Shown here piece by piece: positions 16,736 to 26,300 of a DNA stretch of 43,394 nucleotides. The stretch comes from an uncultured Saprospiraceae bacterium (GTDB taxonomy: Bacteria; Bacteroidota; Bacteroidia; Chitinophagales; Saprospiraceae), in NCBI GenBank assembly GCA_964496055.1, contig CAZBYX010000002.1, positions 1 through 43,394 of the forward strand, in the 5' to 3' direction. The translations under genes and the position numbers were made by a program. Below the pieces are notes generated by a model. That model saw nothing but the letters and a program-made list of their open reading frames with translations, was not told where the DNA came from and made no database searches. Within the stretch, counting starts at the first letter, position 1; each line of letters opens with the position of its first letter.

Positions 16736-16809
16736 TATCTTCCGCTTTCGGGGCAAGTTAGCGAATTTGACCCTGGCCCTTTCACCCACCGATTTTCAGA
16801 CTCCTTCGC

Positions 16810-18858
16810 ATGAACCGTTTGCAATACGAAACTTCGCCCTACCTGCTCCAGCACGCCCACAACCCCGTGGACTGGCACCCCTGGGGGAAGGATGCCCTGG
16901 ACAAGTCCCGCCGCGAAGACAAGCTCATCCTCGTCAGCATCGGCTACTCCACTTGCCACTGGTGCCACGTCATGGAGCGGGAGTCCTTCGAAGACCCCGA
17001 CGTGGCCGCCTTCATGAATGCGCACTTCGTCAACATCAAAGTGGACCGGGAAGAGCGGCCCGACGTGGACCAGCTGTTCATGGAGGTCTGCCAGATCATC
17101 AACGGCAACGGGGGTTGGCCGCTCAACTGCTTCCTGCTTCCCGACGGGCGGCCCTTCTTCGCCGGCACCTACTATCCGCCCCGCCCCATGCACAATCGCC
17201 CCTCCTGGATGCAGGTGCTCCACAGGCTCTATCACGCCTTCATCCATCGGCGCGCGGAGGTGGAAGCCCAGGCCGAACAAATCCTCTCCATCCTCAAAGG
17301 GGCACAAGAGCGTTTCGCCCCCACCCTCCAAACCACCCCCGAAGCCGCCCCCTCCCCCGAAGACCTCGAACCCGTTTTCCAGGGGCTGCGGCGTGGGTTC
17401 GACACCACCTACGGAGGATTCGGGGGCGCTCCCAAATTCCCCTCCACCATGGCTTTGGATTTCCTCCTTCGCTATGGGTGGTGGACGAAAAACGAAGAAG
17501 CCCTCGGGCACGTCTTCTTCTCCCTGGAAAAAATGATTCGGGGGGGCATCTACGACCAGCTCGGCGGGGGCTTCGCCCGCTATGCCACGGACGCGGCCTG
17601 GCTGGTGCCCCATTTCGAAAAGATGCTCTACGACAACGCCCTGCTGGTGAGCCTTCTGGCCGAAGCCCACAAAATGCGCCCCAGCCCCTTGCTGGAGCAA
17701 GCCATCCGGCAGACCCTCGAGTTCATCCAGCGGGAGATGAGCTCCCCGGAAGGGGCTTTTTTCTCCGCCCTCGATGCCGACTCGGAAGGGGAGGAGGGCA
17801 AGTTCTACGTCTGGTCTTACGACGAACTTTTGGAAGCCCTCGGGGAAGAACGGAGCTGGGTGGCGGAATGGTGGGGAGCAAGCCCCGAAGGAAACTGGGA
17901 GGGAAAAAACATCCTGCACCGCCCCCACGAACCCGAAGCCTTTGCCCGGGCTCAGGGTCTTTCCTTGCATGCCATGCAGCACCAGCTGGAGGAAGCCAGA
18001 GGGCGACTGCTCCAGGTGCGCGCGCGCCGCATCCGGCCCGGCCTGGATGACAAGACCTTGCTGGACTGGAACGCCCTGCAGTGCTCGGCTTATGCCAAAG
18101 CCTTCGAAGCCCTGCAAGAAGCAAGCTACCTCGAGGCAGCCCGCAAAAACCTGGGCTTTCTGCAAACCAACCTCCGCCGTCCCGACGGCGGGCTCTACCA
18201 TACCTGGAAGGCCGGCAAAGCCAAAATCCCCGCCTTCCTCGACGATTACGCCTTTCTCGTCCAGGCTCTGCTCGATGTGTTCGAAGCGGATCAATCCCTG
18301 CACTGGCTCGAAGAAGCCCGCCACTGGACCACCTACGTCCTCGAGCATTTCCACGACCCGGCTGAGCCCCTGTTTTTCTTCACCGAGCAAAATGCAGTGG
18401 AACTTCCCGTCCGGAAAAAGGAACTTTACGACAACGCCACGCCCTCGGGCAATGCGGTGATGGCACGCAATCTGCGGCGTTTGGGCATCGTGTTTGGGGA
18501 AGAGGAGTGGGTGGAGCTTTCGGAGAGCATGATTGCCCGCCTGCGGGAAAACATTAGGAAATACCCGCAGGCTTTTGGATATTGGGCAACCGCGTGGTTG
18601 GAAACCCTCCGGCCGCCTTTTGAAATCGCCGTGATCGGAAAGCAGGCCCCGCAATTGGGGCGCCAGGTGCTGGGGGTTTACCTGCCGGGGCGTGTCCTTC
18701 AAACGGCACCCAAGCCCAACCCCGCCTTTCCCCTCTTGAACCGGGGCGAGCTCCCGACCGATGAGACGTGGATTTTTTTGTGCCAAAACTATTCTTGCCG
18801 ACAACCCGTAAAAACAATGGCTGAACTCATGCAATTAATCGAATTGGAAAGGAGTTAG
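16810..18858 (+). CDS. thioredoxin-domain (DUF255/YyaL-type) protein with six-hairpin glycosidase-like C-domain
   Basis: 682 aa. N-terminus [41 protein letters not shown] and [14 protein letters not shown] are hallmark DUF255 motifs. Confidence 0.92.
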   Translation: MNRLQYETSPYLLQHAHNPVDWHPWGKDALDKSRREDKLILVSIGYSTCHWCHVMERESFEDPDVAAFMNAHFVNIKVDREERPDVDQLFMEVCQIINGNGGWPLNCFLLPDGRPFFAGTYYPPRPMHNRPSWMQVLHRLYHAFIHRRAEVEAQAEQILSILKGAQERFAPTLQTTPEAAPSPEDLEPVFQGLRRGFDTTYGGFGGAPKFPSTMALDFLLRYGWWTKNEEALGHVFFSLEKMIRGGIYDQLGGGFARYATDAAWLVPHFEKMLYDNALLVSLLAEAHKMRPSPLLEQAIRQTLEFIQREMSSPEGAFFSALDADSEGEEGKFYVWSYDELLEALGEERSWVAEWWGASPEGNWEGKNILHRPHEPEAFARAQGLSLHAMQHQLEEARGRLLQVRARRIRPGLDDKTLLDWNALQCSAYAKAFEALQEASYLEAARKNLGFLQTNLRRPDGGLYHTWKAGKAKIPAFLDDYAFLVQALLDVFEADQSLHWLEEARHWTTYVLEHFHDPAEPLFFFTEQNAVELPVRKKELYDNATPSGNAVMARNLRRLGIVFGEEEWVELSESMIARLRENIRKYPQAFGYWATAWLETLRPPFEIAVIGKQAPQLGRQVLGVYLPGRVLQTAPKPNPAFPLLNRGELPTDETWIFLCQNYSCRQPVKTMAELMQLIELERS

Positions 18859-18912
18859 AATGGTGCTTTTTCAAGGGTTGCACGCTTGCATAGCCCCCCA
18901 TCAACTGAGGAT

Positions 18913-19893
18913 ATGAAAAGACTTTACCTCCCCCTGATTTTTGGTCTCACGAGCTTTTTGTCTTTCGGGCAGCAGCCTACCCAGTACTCCCTGTACATGT
19001 GGAACCCCTTTGCCTTCAACCCCGCCTATGCAGGACTGGACAATTCCCTGGTGTTGCAAGGGGTGTTCCGCAAGCAATGGGTCAACCTCCCTCAAAGCCC
19101 GACCTCCCAGATTTTCAATGCCCACATGCCCGCTTACTTGCTCGGGGGTGGGGCTGGGTTTCAGGTGGAGAACGAAACCATGGGCGCCTGGCAACAAACG
19201 ACCTTTTCCTTGGCCTACGACTACCAACTGACGCTGGGGCGGGTGGGAGTACTTTCCCTGGGGCTGAGCGCCGCCTTGGTGCAGCGCCGCCTCGACGGCT
19301 CCGCCATTCGCACGCCCGATGGCCAATACGACCCCGACGTACTCAACCCCGCCAACCCCGACCACCTGGACCCCCTGCTCCTCAACGGGGAGATGGATGG
19401 GCAGACTCCCGAATTCGGCTTCGGGGTCTATTTTCTCGGGGAACGCTTCCAGGGTGGGCTGGCGGTGCGCCACCTTGCGGAAAGCACGGTGGACATGGGA
19501 CCCGTCGGTTTCGGCCTCGACCGCACCTATTACTTCAACCTGAGCTATCAATTCGACCTGGGCCGCAACCTCAGTGCCACGCCTTCCGCCCTGCTCAAAT
19601 CCGATCTCACCCAAACCCAAATCGAATTCTCCACCCTGCTGAAATACAACGACAATATATTTTTCGGAGCCTCGTTTAGGGGGTACGACTCCAACAGCCT
19701 CGATGCCGTGTCCTTTTTGGGGGGCATCAAACTCAGTGAAAAAATCACCCTGGCGTACGCCTATGACTATACACTCTCCGAGCTGAGTACGGCCACGAAT
19801 GGTTCCCATGAAATTATGGTTCATTACAACCTGGGCAAGCCCATCGGCAAGGGACGCCCCCCCAAAATCATCTACAACCCTCGAAACCTTTGA
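18913..19893 (+). CDS. porP: PorP/SprF-family type IX secretion system membrane protein
   Basis: ATG at 18913 gives MKRLYLPLIFGLTSFLSFGQQPTQYSLYMWNPFAFNPAYAG, the characteristic PorP/SprF N-terminus. C-terminal HEIMVHYNL. Located directly upstream of gldK. Confidence 0.88.
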   Translation: MKRLYLPLIFGLTSFLSFGQQPTQYSLYMWNPFAFNPAYAGLDNSLVLQGVFRKQWVNLPQSPTSQIFNAHMPAYLLGGGAGFQVENETMGAWQQTTFSLAYDYQLTLGRVGVLSLGLSAALVQRRLDGSAIRTPDGQYDPDVLNPANPDHLDPLLLNGEMDGQTPEFGFGVYFLGERFQGGLAVRHLAESTVDMGPVGFGLDRTYYFNLSYQFDLGRNLSATPSALLKSDLTQTQIEFSTLLKYNDNIFFGASFRGYDSNSLDAVSFLGGIKLSEKITLAYAYDYTLSELSTATNGSHEIMVHYNLGKPIGKGRPPKIIYNPRNL

Positions 19894-19983
19894 GGCCGCC
19901 TACGGGCGGGCTCCGAAAATGTTAAAAGCCTGACCAATTGTGTGTGCCCGTTTGTTTGGGCCGTTGCTATTGGGTCAAAATGT

Positions 19984-19991
19984 TATCTTTG
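19984..19991 (+). promoter_or_regulatory. -7 promoter box TATCTTTG, candidate gldK promoter
   Basis: Perfect TAnnTTTG 108 nt upstream of the gldK ATG. It overlaps a 7-bp inverted repeat: CTTTGCC (19987..19993) / GGCAAAG (20003..20009). Confidence 0.35.
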
Positions 19992-20098
19992 CCAGCCGTC
20001 TCGGCAAAGCAAAATTCTCGAACATTTGCAGGGACTGAAGGCAAAGCGTGTATCTTTACCACTGCTTTTCAAATCTGAAGGAAAACTCGGGTGTTAAC

Positions 20099-21349
20099 AT
20101 GAAGAAATTACTCAGGATTTCGCTGGCGCTCTTCGCCCTGACAGCGATTGCCACCTCGTGCGGAACCAAAGAAAGCGGTCAGCTCATCGGCGTTCTGGAT
20201 CGGCCCAAGTGGAAAGGCATCAACCCCTACGGCATGGTGTACATCCCTTCGGGAACCCTCCACATTGGGCCCAGTGACCAGGACATCTCCAACACCTTCG
20301 TCCAGCGGCCCAAAACCATCTCCATCCAGGGCTTCTACATGGACGACACCGAAATCACCAACAACGAGTATCGCCAATTCGTCTATTGGGTGAAAGACTC
20401 CCTCGCCCACGCCTACCTGGACCACTACATCGAGGATGAGGTGACCGGGGAGGAACGCATCGATTGGGAGTACGAAATCGACTACTCCGACGAAGCCCTC
20501 GAAGACCTCTTCTATCAGGGGGATGACCGCTTCGCCGGCCGCAAGGAGCTCGACGTCAGCAAAATGGTGTTCGAGTACGAATGGTACGACTGGCGCAAAG
20601 CCGCCCACGATCGGGGCCGCTCCCCCCGGACCGCTTTCATCAAGCGCAAGAAGATCAACATCTACCCCGATACGCTGGTCTGGATCCGCGACTTCGCTTA
20701 TTCCTACAACGAGCCCATGACGCGGAATTACTTCTGGCACCCGGCCTTCGACGACTACCCCGTGGTGGGTGTCAACTGGCACATGGCCAACGCCTTCTGC
20801 TATTGGCGGACGAAGCTGTGGGATGCCTACCAGAGCATCCGCAACGACGGGGTCAACTCTGAAGACTTCCGCCTGCCCACCGAACACGAATGGGAATATG
20901 CCGCCCGCGGCGGCCACGAAATGGCGCCCTACCCCTGGGGGGGATACTATCTGCGCAATGCCAAAGGGTGCTTGCTGGCAAACTTCAAACCCGGGCGCGG
21001 CAACTACCCCGAAGACGGCGGGCAATACACCGTCAAGGCCGATGCCTACTTCCCCAATGATTACGGGCTCTTCAACATGGCCGGCAACGTCGCTGAATGG
21101 ACCTCCACGGCGTACTACGAAAACGCCTACTCCTTCATTCACGACCTGAACCCGGACATCCGCTACGACGCTACGGATGACGACCCCGAAGCCTTCAAAC
21201 GCAAGGTCATTCGCGGGGGCTCCTGGAAAGACGTGGCGTATTTCCTCCAAACCGGAACCCGGCACTGGGAATTCCAGGACACCACCAAATCCTACATCGG
21301 CTTCCGCTGCGTGCTGACTTTCCTGGGGCGGTCCATCAATGATTTTTAA
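20099..21349 (+). CDS. gldK: gliding motility / T9SS lipoprotein GldK (PorK)
   Basis: ATG at 20099 gives MKKLLRISLALFALTAIATSCG (lipobox). FGE-sulfatase-like domain with MVYIPSGTLHIGP, TEITNNEYRQFV, HEWEYAARGG, NVAEWT, VIRGGSW, GFRCV. Confidence 0.93.
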   Translation: MKKLLRISLALFALTAIATSCGTKESGQLIGVLDRPKWKGINPYGMVYIPSGTLHIGPSDQDISNTFVQRPKTISIQGFYMDDTEITNNEYRQFVYWVKDSLAHAYLDHYIEDEVTGEERIDWEYEIDYSDEALEDLFYQGDDRFAGRKELDVSKMVFEYEWYDWRKAAHDRGRSPRTAFIKRKKINIYPDTLVWIRDFAYSYNEPMTRNYFWHPAFDDYPVVGVNWHMANAFCYWRTKLWDAYQSIRNDGVNSEDFRLPTEHEWEYAARGGHEMAPYPWGGYYLRNAKGCLLANFKPGRGNYPEDGGQYTVKADAYFPNDYGLFNMAGNVAEWTSTAYYENAYSFIHDLNPDIRYDATDDDPEAFKRKVIRGGSWKDVAYFLQTGTRHWEFQDTTKSYIGFRCVLTFLGRSINDF

Positions 21350-21371
21350 ATCCTTGCCCCGGCTATTTTTC

Positions 21372-21413
21372 ACGACGACCTGGAGCGAACGGCTTTTCAC
21401 TCCAGGTCGTCGT
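21372..21413 (+). terminator. perfect 14-bp stem-loop just after gldK (terminator/attenuator or RNA-processing site)
   Basis: ACGACGACCTGGAG (21372..21385) and CTCCAGGTCGTCGT (21400..21413) with a 14-nt loop. No T-run follows, so it is not a canonical intrinsic terminator. Confidence 0.4.
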
Positions 21414-21457
21414 CGTATAGGCTCAAAGGTTTGATTCTCTGATTCTTATTCTTTACT

Positions 21458-21465
21458 TACCTTTG
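21458..21465 (+). promoter_or_regulatory. -7 promoter box TACCTTTG inside the gldK-gldL spacer
   Basis: Perfect TAnnTTTG 226 nt upstream of the gldL ATG. A TTTG lies at 21430..21433, 24 nt upstream of the box. Confidence 0.35.
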
Positions 21466-21690
21466 GCACATTTTCCAATGCATTCTTTCATTTTTGTGCC
21501 TTGGAAAAGTGTTACCTTTTACCAAATTCGGATTATCCCCTTGTGGGATACCACATTGAAACGAAAGCAACCAATACCTGGATGGAACCAGGCGTGCTGT
21601 TAGTGCCACCCGCTGAACACACCCGATGAGAGGCGGAAGGACCGACTGGATTCAATCCGGAATCATTCACTAACCTAAAAGCGAGTTACA

Positions 21691-22281
21691 ATGAGTTTCG
21701 TCAAGACGAAAGGTTTTAAGTACTTCAAAAACCTTGTGATCGGCTTAGGAGCCTCGGTGGTTTTGATTGGTGCCTTGGCAAAATTGGAATCGTGGCCGAA
21801 TGCCAGCCTCTTCCTCACCATAGGCTTGAGTACGGAAGCCTTCATCTTTCTCTTTCTCGGGGTGATCGGTCCGGAGCCCGATTACTACTGGCACAAGCTG
21901 TTTCCCGGATTGGACGATTACAACGCCAATATCGCTCCCTTGACGGTGGGCGAGATGGGGGAACAACCCCCTGCCTTGAACGGTGAAGTCATCGAACAAC
22001 AACTGGGGGGCATGCTCACCGAGTTGCAATCCATGTCGAAGAACCTCTCGGCCTTGAAAGCCTTGCAGGAAATCGACTTCTCGGGTACGAGCCAGCAAAT
22101 CCAGGCCATGAACAACTTCTACACCAAGCTCAACGAAGCCATGGCCGATTTGGGCGACAGCCTGGAAGACACCCGCATCTACAAGGAGCAGCTGGCGGCC
22201 CTGAACCGCAACCTCAGCTCCCTGAACACCGTGTACGGCAACGTGCTCAATGCCATCGCCAGCATCCGCCACGAAGGCTGA
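21691..22281 (+). CDS. gldL: gliding motility / T9SS protein GldL (PorL)
   Basis: 196 aa. MSFVKTKGFKYFKNLVIGLGASVVLIGALAKLESWP plus a second TM helix with the conserved Glu (LSTEAFIFLFLG), then a cytoplasmic coiled tail. Confidence 0.93.
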   Translation: MSFVKTKGFKYFKNLVIGLGASVVLIGALAKLESWPNASLFLTIGLSTEAFIFLFLGVIGPEPDYYWHKLFPGLDDYNANIAPLTVGEMGEQPPALNGEVIEQQLGGMLTELQSMSKNLSALKALQEIDFSGTSQQIQAMNNFYTKLNEAMADLGDSLEDTRIYKEQLAALNRNLSSLNTVYGNVLNAIASIRHEG

Positions 22282-22326
22282 GCAGCCGCATGGAGGACAT
22301 TTTTCCAATAACTAAAAAACATTGCC

Positions 22327-23919
22327 ATGTCTATACCTAAGGAGCCACGGCAGCTCATGATCAACCTCATGTATCTGGTGCTGACGGCCCTGCTCGCGTT
22401 GAACGTTTCGGCGGAGGTGATGAACGCCTTTTTCAGCCTGGACAAAGGCTTGAAAAACAGTGGTGCCATCGTGGACAAAACCAATGAACAAATCCTCTCC
22501 AACATCAACAAACAGGCCGACGCTTACAAAAACGAGCGCAACGAAGCCTTCCGTCGTGCGGCCATCGAGGCCGACAGCATCACCACCGAGTTCGTGAACT
22601 ACGTCCAAAAAATTTGGGACGACCTGTTCGAAGCCGCAGGCGGGGAAAACCCGAAAGACCCCGGCAAGCCCAAACGCAAGAAGGACAAGGACATCACCAC
22701 CCGCATGTTCGTCTTGGGTCCGGATGGTGACCCCACCAATGACGACGCCGTCGGCTACGAACTCGAAAAACGCATTCGCGAAACCCGCCAAGCCCTCATC
22801 GATTTGATCAAGGATGAAAATGGCCAAGTGGATAGTGCAATTATCAAGGCTATTCCCCTGGACGTAGAGGATTGGCAAAAAGAATCCAGCAAGAAGTCGG
22901 GAGAAGGCAAGAAAATCAGCTGGGCGGACTGGAAATTCCGGCAGATGCCCGTTGCTGCCGTATTCCCCTTGCTCCGCAAGATTCAAAGCGATGCCAAAGC
23001 TTCCGCCACCACCGTGCTGAACCACCTGTTCAAACAGGTCAGCGGGGAGGAACTCAAGTTCGATGCCTTCGAACCGGTCATTTCCGCCCGCAAAGGGTAT
23101 GTGATCAAGGGTGAGACCTATGAGGCTGACATTTTCCTCAGCGCCTACAGCACCTCGGCCGGGGACAATACCCGCATCTTCGTCAACGGCACGCCGCTGG
23201 AGGTGAAAGAAGGAAAAGCATCCTACAAGACCACCGCATCCGGGCTTGGACCCAAGAAATACAAGGTGCGCATCGAAGTGACCAACCCCCTGACCGGCGA
23301 AGTGAAGTCGTACGAGAAGGAATTCGAGTACGAGGTTGGGGAACGCTCCGTGACCGTGTCGGCTGACAAGATGAACGTGTTCTACATTGGCGTGGAGAAC
23401 CCCGTTTCCGTTTCGGCGGCCGGCGTTTCCAGCAACAAGTTGAACGTGAGCATCAGCGGCGGCGGCGGCACCATTCGTCGGGTGAGCGGCAGCCAGTACA
23501 TCGTGGAAGTGAAGAAACCGACCAACGATTGCCGCATCAACGTTACAGGTGAAGGGTTGCAGTATAGCAAAGTCTTCCGCGTCAAACGCATACCCGACCC
23601 CGTAGCTCGCCTGGGCAACAAGCAAGATGGCACCATGGGCAACGGTGAATTCAAAGCCCAGCAGGGCCTCATCGCCTGGCTCGACAACTTCGACTTCGAC
23701 GCCAAATGCAACATCCAGGGCTTTACCCTGGTGCGCGTCGCCAAACGCCAGGACCCCGTCGAGGTCATCAACCGGGGTGGCCGCTTCAACTCCGATGCAC
23801 GTCGGCTCGTCAATCAGGCCAAGCCGGGAGACACCTACTACTTCGACAACGTCAAGGCGCGCTGCCCGGGCGATGTCGCCGGCCGGAAAATCAATTCGCT
23901 GGTGTTCCGAATCAATTAA
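22327..23919 (+). CDS. gldM: gliding motility / T9SS protein GldM (PorM)
   Basis: 530 aa. N-terminus PRQLMINLMYLVLTALLALNVSAEV, the conserved GldM TM helix, followed by a long periplasmic region. Confidence 0.93.
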   Translation: MSIPKEPRQLMINLMYLVLTALLALNVSAEVMNAFFSLDKGLKNSGAIVDKTNEQILSNINKQADAYKNERNEAFRRAAIEADSITTEFVNYVQKIWDDLFEAAGGENPKDPGKPKRKKDKDITTRMFVLGPDGDPTNDDAVGYELEKRIRETRQALIDLIKDENGQVDSAIIKAIPLDVEDWQKESSKKSGEGKKISWADWKFRQMPVAAVFPLLRKIQSDAKASATTVLNHLFKQVSGEELKFDAFEPVISARKGYVIKGETYEADIFLSAYSTSAGDNTRIFVNGTPLEVKEGKASYKTTASGLGPKKYKVRIEVTNPLTGEVKSYEKEFEYEVGERSVTVSADKMNVFYIGVENPVSVSAAGVSSNKLNVSISGGGGTIRRVSGSQYIVEVKKPTNDCRINVTGEGLQYSKVFRVKRIPDPVARLGNKQDGTMGNGEFKAQQGLIAWLDNFDFDAKCNIQGFTLVRVAKRQDPVEVINRGGRFNSDARRLVNQAKPGDTYYFDNVKARCPGDVAGRKINSLVFRIN

Positions 23920-23988
23920 ATCCGTCCGGCAGCACACTAAGATTTCCGGCTTTCGAGTTTAAAATGCCTGAATGTTGAGCGCATTGGA

Positions 23989-23996
23989 TATTTTTG
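23989..23996 (+). promoter_or_regulatory. -7 promoter box TATTTTTG, candidate internal promoter for gldN
   Basis: Perfect TAnnTTTG 42 nt upstream of the ATG at 24038, in the 118-nt gldM-gldN spacer. Confidence 0.35.
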
Positions 23997-24037
23997 CTCG
24001 AAGTCCGGAAATCTTCTTTGTGAAAACTGAATCCGTT

Positions 24038-24901
24038 ATGAATTTTTCGATGAAATCCTTTGTGGGGCTGCTGACCATGCTCCTGCTGGCCCTGCCGCTT
24101 TTCAGCCAGCAGCCGGAAGGCATCCTTACCGAATCGAGTGACCCGCTGGGCAACCGCCCCGTGGACGATATCGTGGAAAAACGCCTCACCTACGAAAAGC
24201 GCCTGCTCCCCTACGACCACGTGCGCGAAGCCGATATTTTCTGGGAGAAGCGCATTTGGCGCGTCATCGATGTGCGCGAAAAAATGAACCTCCCCTTCGC
24301 CTATCCGGAGCGGCCCTTCTTCACCATCCTGATGGATGCTGCGACGAACGGGGAAATCACGGCCTACAGCACCGAAGACGATAAATTCACCTCTCCCCTC
24401 GGCCCCAACGAAGTCGCTTCCATGGGGACCACCATCGACACCATCGTGACCTTTGACCCCGAAACCTACGAGGAGCAAATCCAGGTCGTTCGCAATGACC
24501 TGAACCCCGAAGACGTCAAGCGTTTCCGGATCAAGGAAGTTTGGTTCTTCGACGAAGAAACCTCCACTTTGCAAGTGCGCATTCTCGGCATCGCCCCCTT
24601 GATCGATGTCAAGGATGACGCCGGAAACTTCCGTTATGAAAAGCCCATGTTCTGGGTGTATTATCCCGAAGCCCGGGAAGTGTTGGCCCGCGAACGGGTT
24701 TTCAATGTCGGCAACGACGCCAGCCCGGTTACCTGGGAAGACATCATGGAAATGCGCTTCTTCTCCAGCTACATTTACAAGGAGTCCAACGTCCGGGACC
24801 GGCGCCTGCAAGACTACCTCTCCGGGGTGGACCTGCTGCTCGAAGCGAGCAAAATCGAACAGGAAATCTTCAACTTCGAACACGATCTTTGGTCCTATTG
24901 A
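24038..24901 (+). CDS. gldN: gliding motility / T9SS protein GldN (PorN)
   Basis: ATG at 24038 (or 24050) gives MNFSMKSFVGLLTMLLLALPLFSQQ, a signal peptide. Conserved READIFWEKRIWRVIDVREKMN and KEVWFFDEE segments are typical of GldN. Confidence 0.9.
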   Translation: MNFSMKSFVGLLTMLLLALPLFSQQPEGILTESSDPLGNRPVDDIVEKRLTYEKRLLPYDHVREADIFWEKRIWRVIDVREKMNLPFAYPERPFFTILMDAATNGEITAYSTEDDKFTSPLGPNEVASMGTTIDTIVTFDPETYEEQIQVVRNDLNPEDVKRFRIKEVWFFDEETSTLQVRILGIAPLIDVKDDAGNFRYEKPMFWVYYPEAREVLARERVFNVGNDASPVTWEDIMEMRFFSSYIYKESNVRDRRLQDYLSGVDLLLEASKIEQEIFNFEHDLWSY

Positions 24902-24934
24902 TATTCCCCCCGAAACGAAATCTTTCCCCAACTC

Positions 24935-24966
24935 AAAAAGGGGGCGCCGCGGCGCCCCCTTTTTTG
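24935..24966 (+). terminator. rho-independent terminator closing the gld operon (bidirectional shape)
   Basis: CAAAAA, then GGGGGCGCCGCGGCGCCCCC (a perfect 20-nt GC palindrome, 24940..24959), then TTTTTT. Confidence 0.8.
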
Positions 24967-25018
24967 TTTGACAACCTGTATTTTCAAGGCTGCGAAGGAG
25001 TTCCCAAAATCCCCCGCT

Positions 25019-26299
25019 ATGAAGTCCGAACCCATACCCACGCCGCTGGAACGCCAGAAGAAAGTGTACATCGAGGGCCTGGCCGGGCGCCGGCCGGTGC
25101 TGCCTCCGGATGTCCGTTCCCTGGAGGCGGTTGCGCGCCGGCGCATGAGCCCCGAGGCCTTTGCCTACGTGGCCGGTGGTGCCGGAACCGAAGAAACGAT
25201 GGGGCGCAACCGGGAAGGATTTCGTCGGTGGCGAATCGTGCCGCGCATGCTGCGCGATGTTTCCCAGATGGATTTGCAGGTCGAGCTCTTCGGGCGCACC
25301 CTGCCGGCGCCTCTATTGCTTTCCCCCATCGGGGTGTTGAACCTGGCGCGGCCCGACGGTGATTTTTTGGTGGCTCGGGCGGCGGCGCGGCTGGGCCTGC
25401 CCTTCATTTTTTCCAACCAGGCTTCGGCGCCGATGGAGGCCTGTGCGCGGGAAATGGGCCAGGCTCCCCGGTGGTTCCAACTGTATTGGAGCAAATCGGA
25501 CGAACTGGTGGCCAGTTTGGTGCGGCGTGCCGAAGCCTGTGGTTGTGAGGCCATCGTCGTCACCCTGGATACGACCTACCTCGGCTGGCGCTTGCGCGAC
25601 CTGGAGCTGGGCTATTTGCCGTTCCTGCTCGGGGAGGGAATCGCCCAGTACACCTCCGACCCCGTTTTCCAGCAGCTCATGCAGGCTCCCGAAGACCCCA
25701 ACGCCCCCCAACTCAAACCACCCCTCACCCTTCAAACCCTGGGCTCCATCCTGCGGCTCTTTCTGCGTTATCCGGGCAGCCTCTCCCAAAAGCTGAAAAG
25801 CAAAGCGCCCCTGAAAGCCGTGAAGACTTTCATCAGCATTTATTCCCGGCCTTCTCTTACCTGGGCCGACTTGCCTTTTTTGCGCAAGCACACCCGTTTG
25901 CCCATCGTCTTGAAGGGCATCCTCCATCCGGACGATGCCCGCAAAGCCCTCGATGCCGGAGTGGACGGCATCATCGTTTCCAATCACGGGGGAAGACAGG
26001 TGGACGGGGCCCTTTCCAGTATCGAGGCGCTCCCGGGTGTGGTGGAGGCGGTTGGGGGGAAGATTCCCGTATTGCTGGACAGCGGCATCCGGGGCGGGGC
26101 CGATATCTTCAAAGCATTGGCCCTGGGCGCTCGAGCCGTTTGCGTAGGGCGGCCCTACGTGTACGGCCTGGCACTGGGGGGGGAGGAAGGGGTGCGAGAG
26201 GTTCTGATCAACCTGCTGACCGATTTCCAGCTGACGATGGCTTTGTCCGGCTGCCGTTCCCTGGAGGAAATCCAGCGCTCCTGCCTGACGGAGGGATGA
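25019..26299 (+). CDS. FMN-dependent alpha-hydroxy-acid oxidase/dehydrogenase (lactate oxidase / 2-monooxygenase family)
   Basis: ATG at 25019. Motifs AFAYVAGGAGTEETM, PLLLSPIG, RWFQLYW, AIVVTLDT, IVLKGILHPDDA, GIIVSNHGGRQVDG, LLDSGIRGGADIFKALALGA match the TIM-barrel FMN oxidase family. There is a roughly 60-aa insert after LGYLPF. Confidence 0.88.
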   Translation: MKSEPIPTPLERQKKVYIEGLAGRRPVLPPDVRSLEAVARRRMSPEAFAYVAGGAGTEETMGRNREGFRRWRIVPRMLRDVSQMDLQVELFGRTLPAPLLLSPIGVLNLARPDGDFLVARAAARLGLPFIFSNQASAPMEACAREMGQAPRWFQLYWSKSDELVASLVRRAEACGCEAIVVTLDTTYLGWRLRDLELGYLPFLLGEGIAQYTSDPVFQQLMQAPEDPNAPQLKPPLTLQTLGSILRLFLRYPGSLSQKLKSKAPLKAVKTFISIYSRPSLTWADLPFLRKHTRLPIVLKGILHPDDARKALDAGVDGIIVSNHGGRQVDGALSSIEALPGVVEAVGGKIPVLLDSGIRGGADIFKALALGARAVCVGRPYVYGLALGGEEGVREVLINLLTDFQLTMALSGCRSLEEIQRSCLTEG

Positions 26300-26300
26300 G

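Noticed and set aside
21463-21481. TTGGCACATTTTCCAATGC resembles a sigma-54 -24/-12 promoter (TGGCAC-N5-TTGC).
   Set aside because: The -12 element is wrong: positions 12-15 after the T of TGGCAC read CCAA rather than TTGC, and the GC dinucleotide is displaced by 3 nt. More likely it is part of the AT-rich sigma-A type promoter region.
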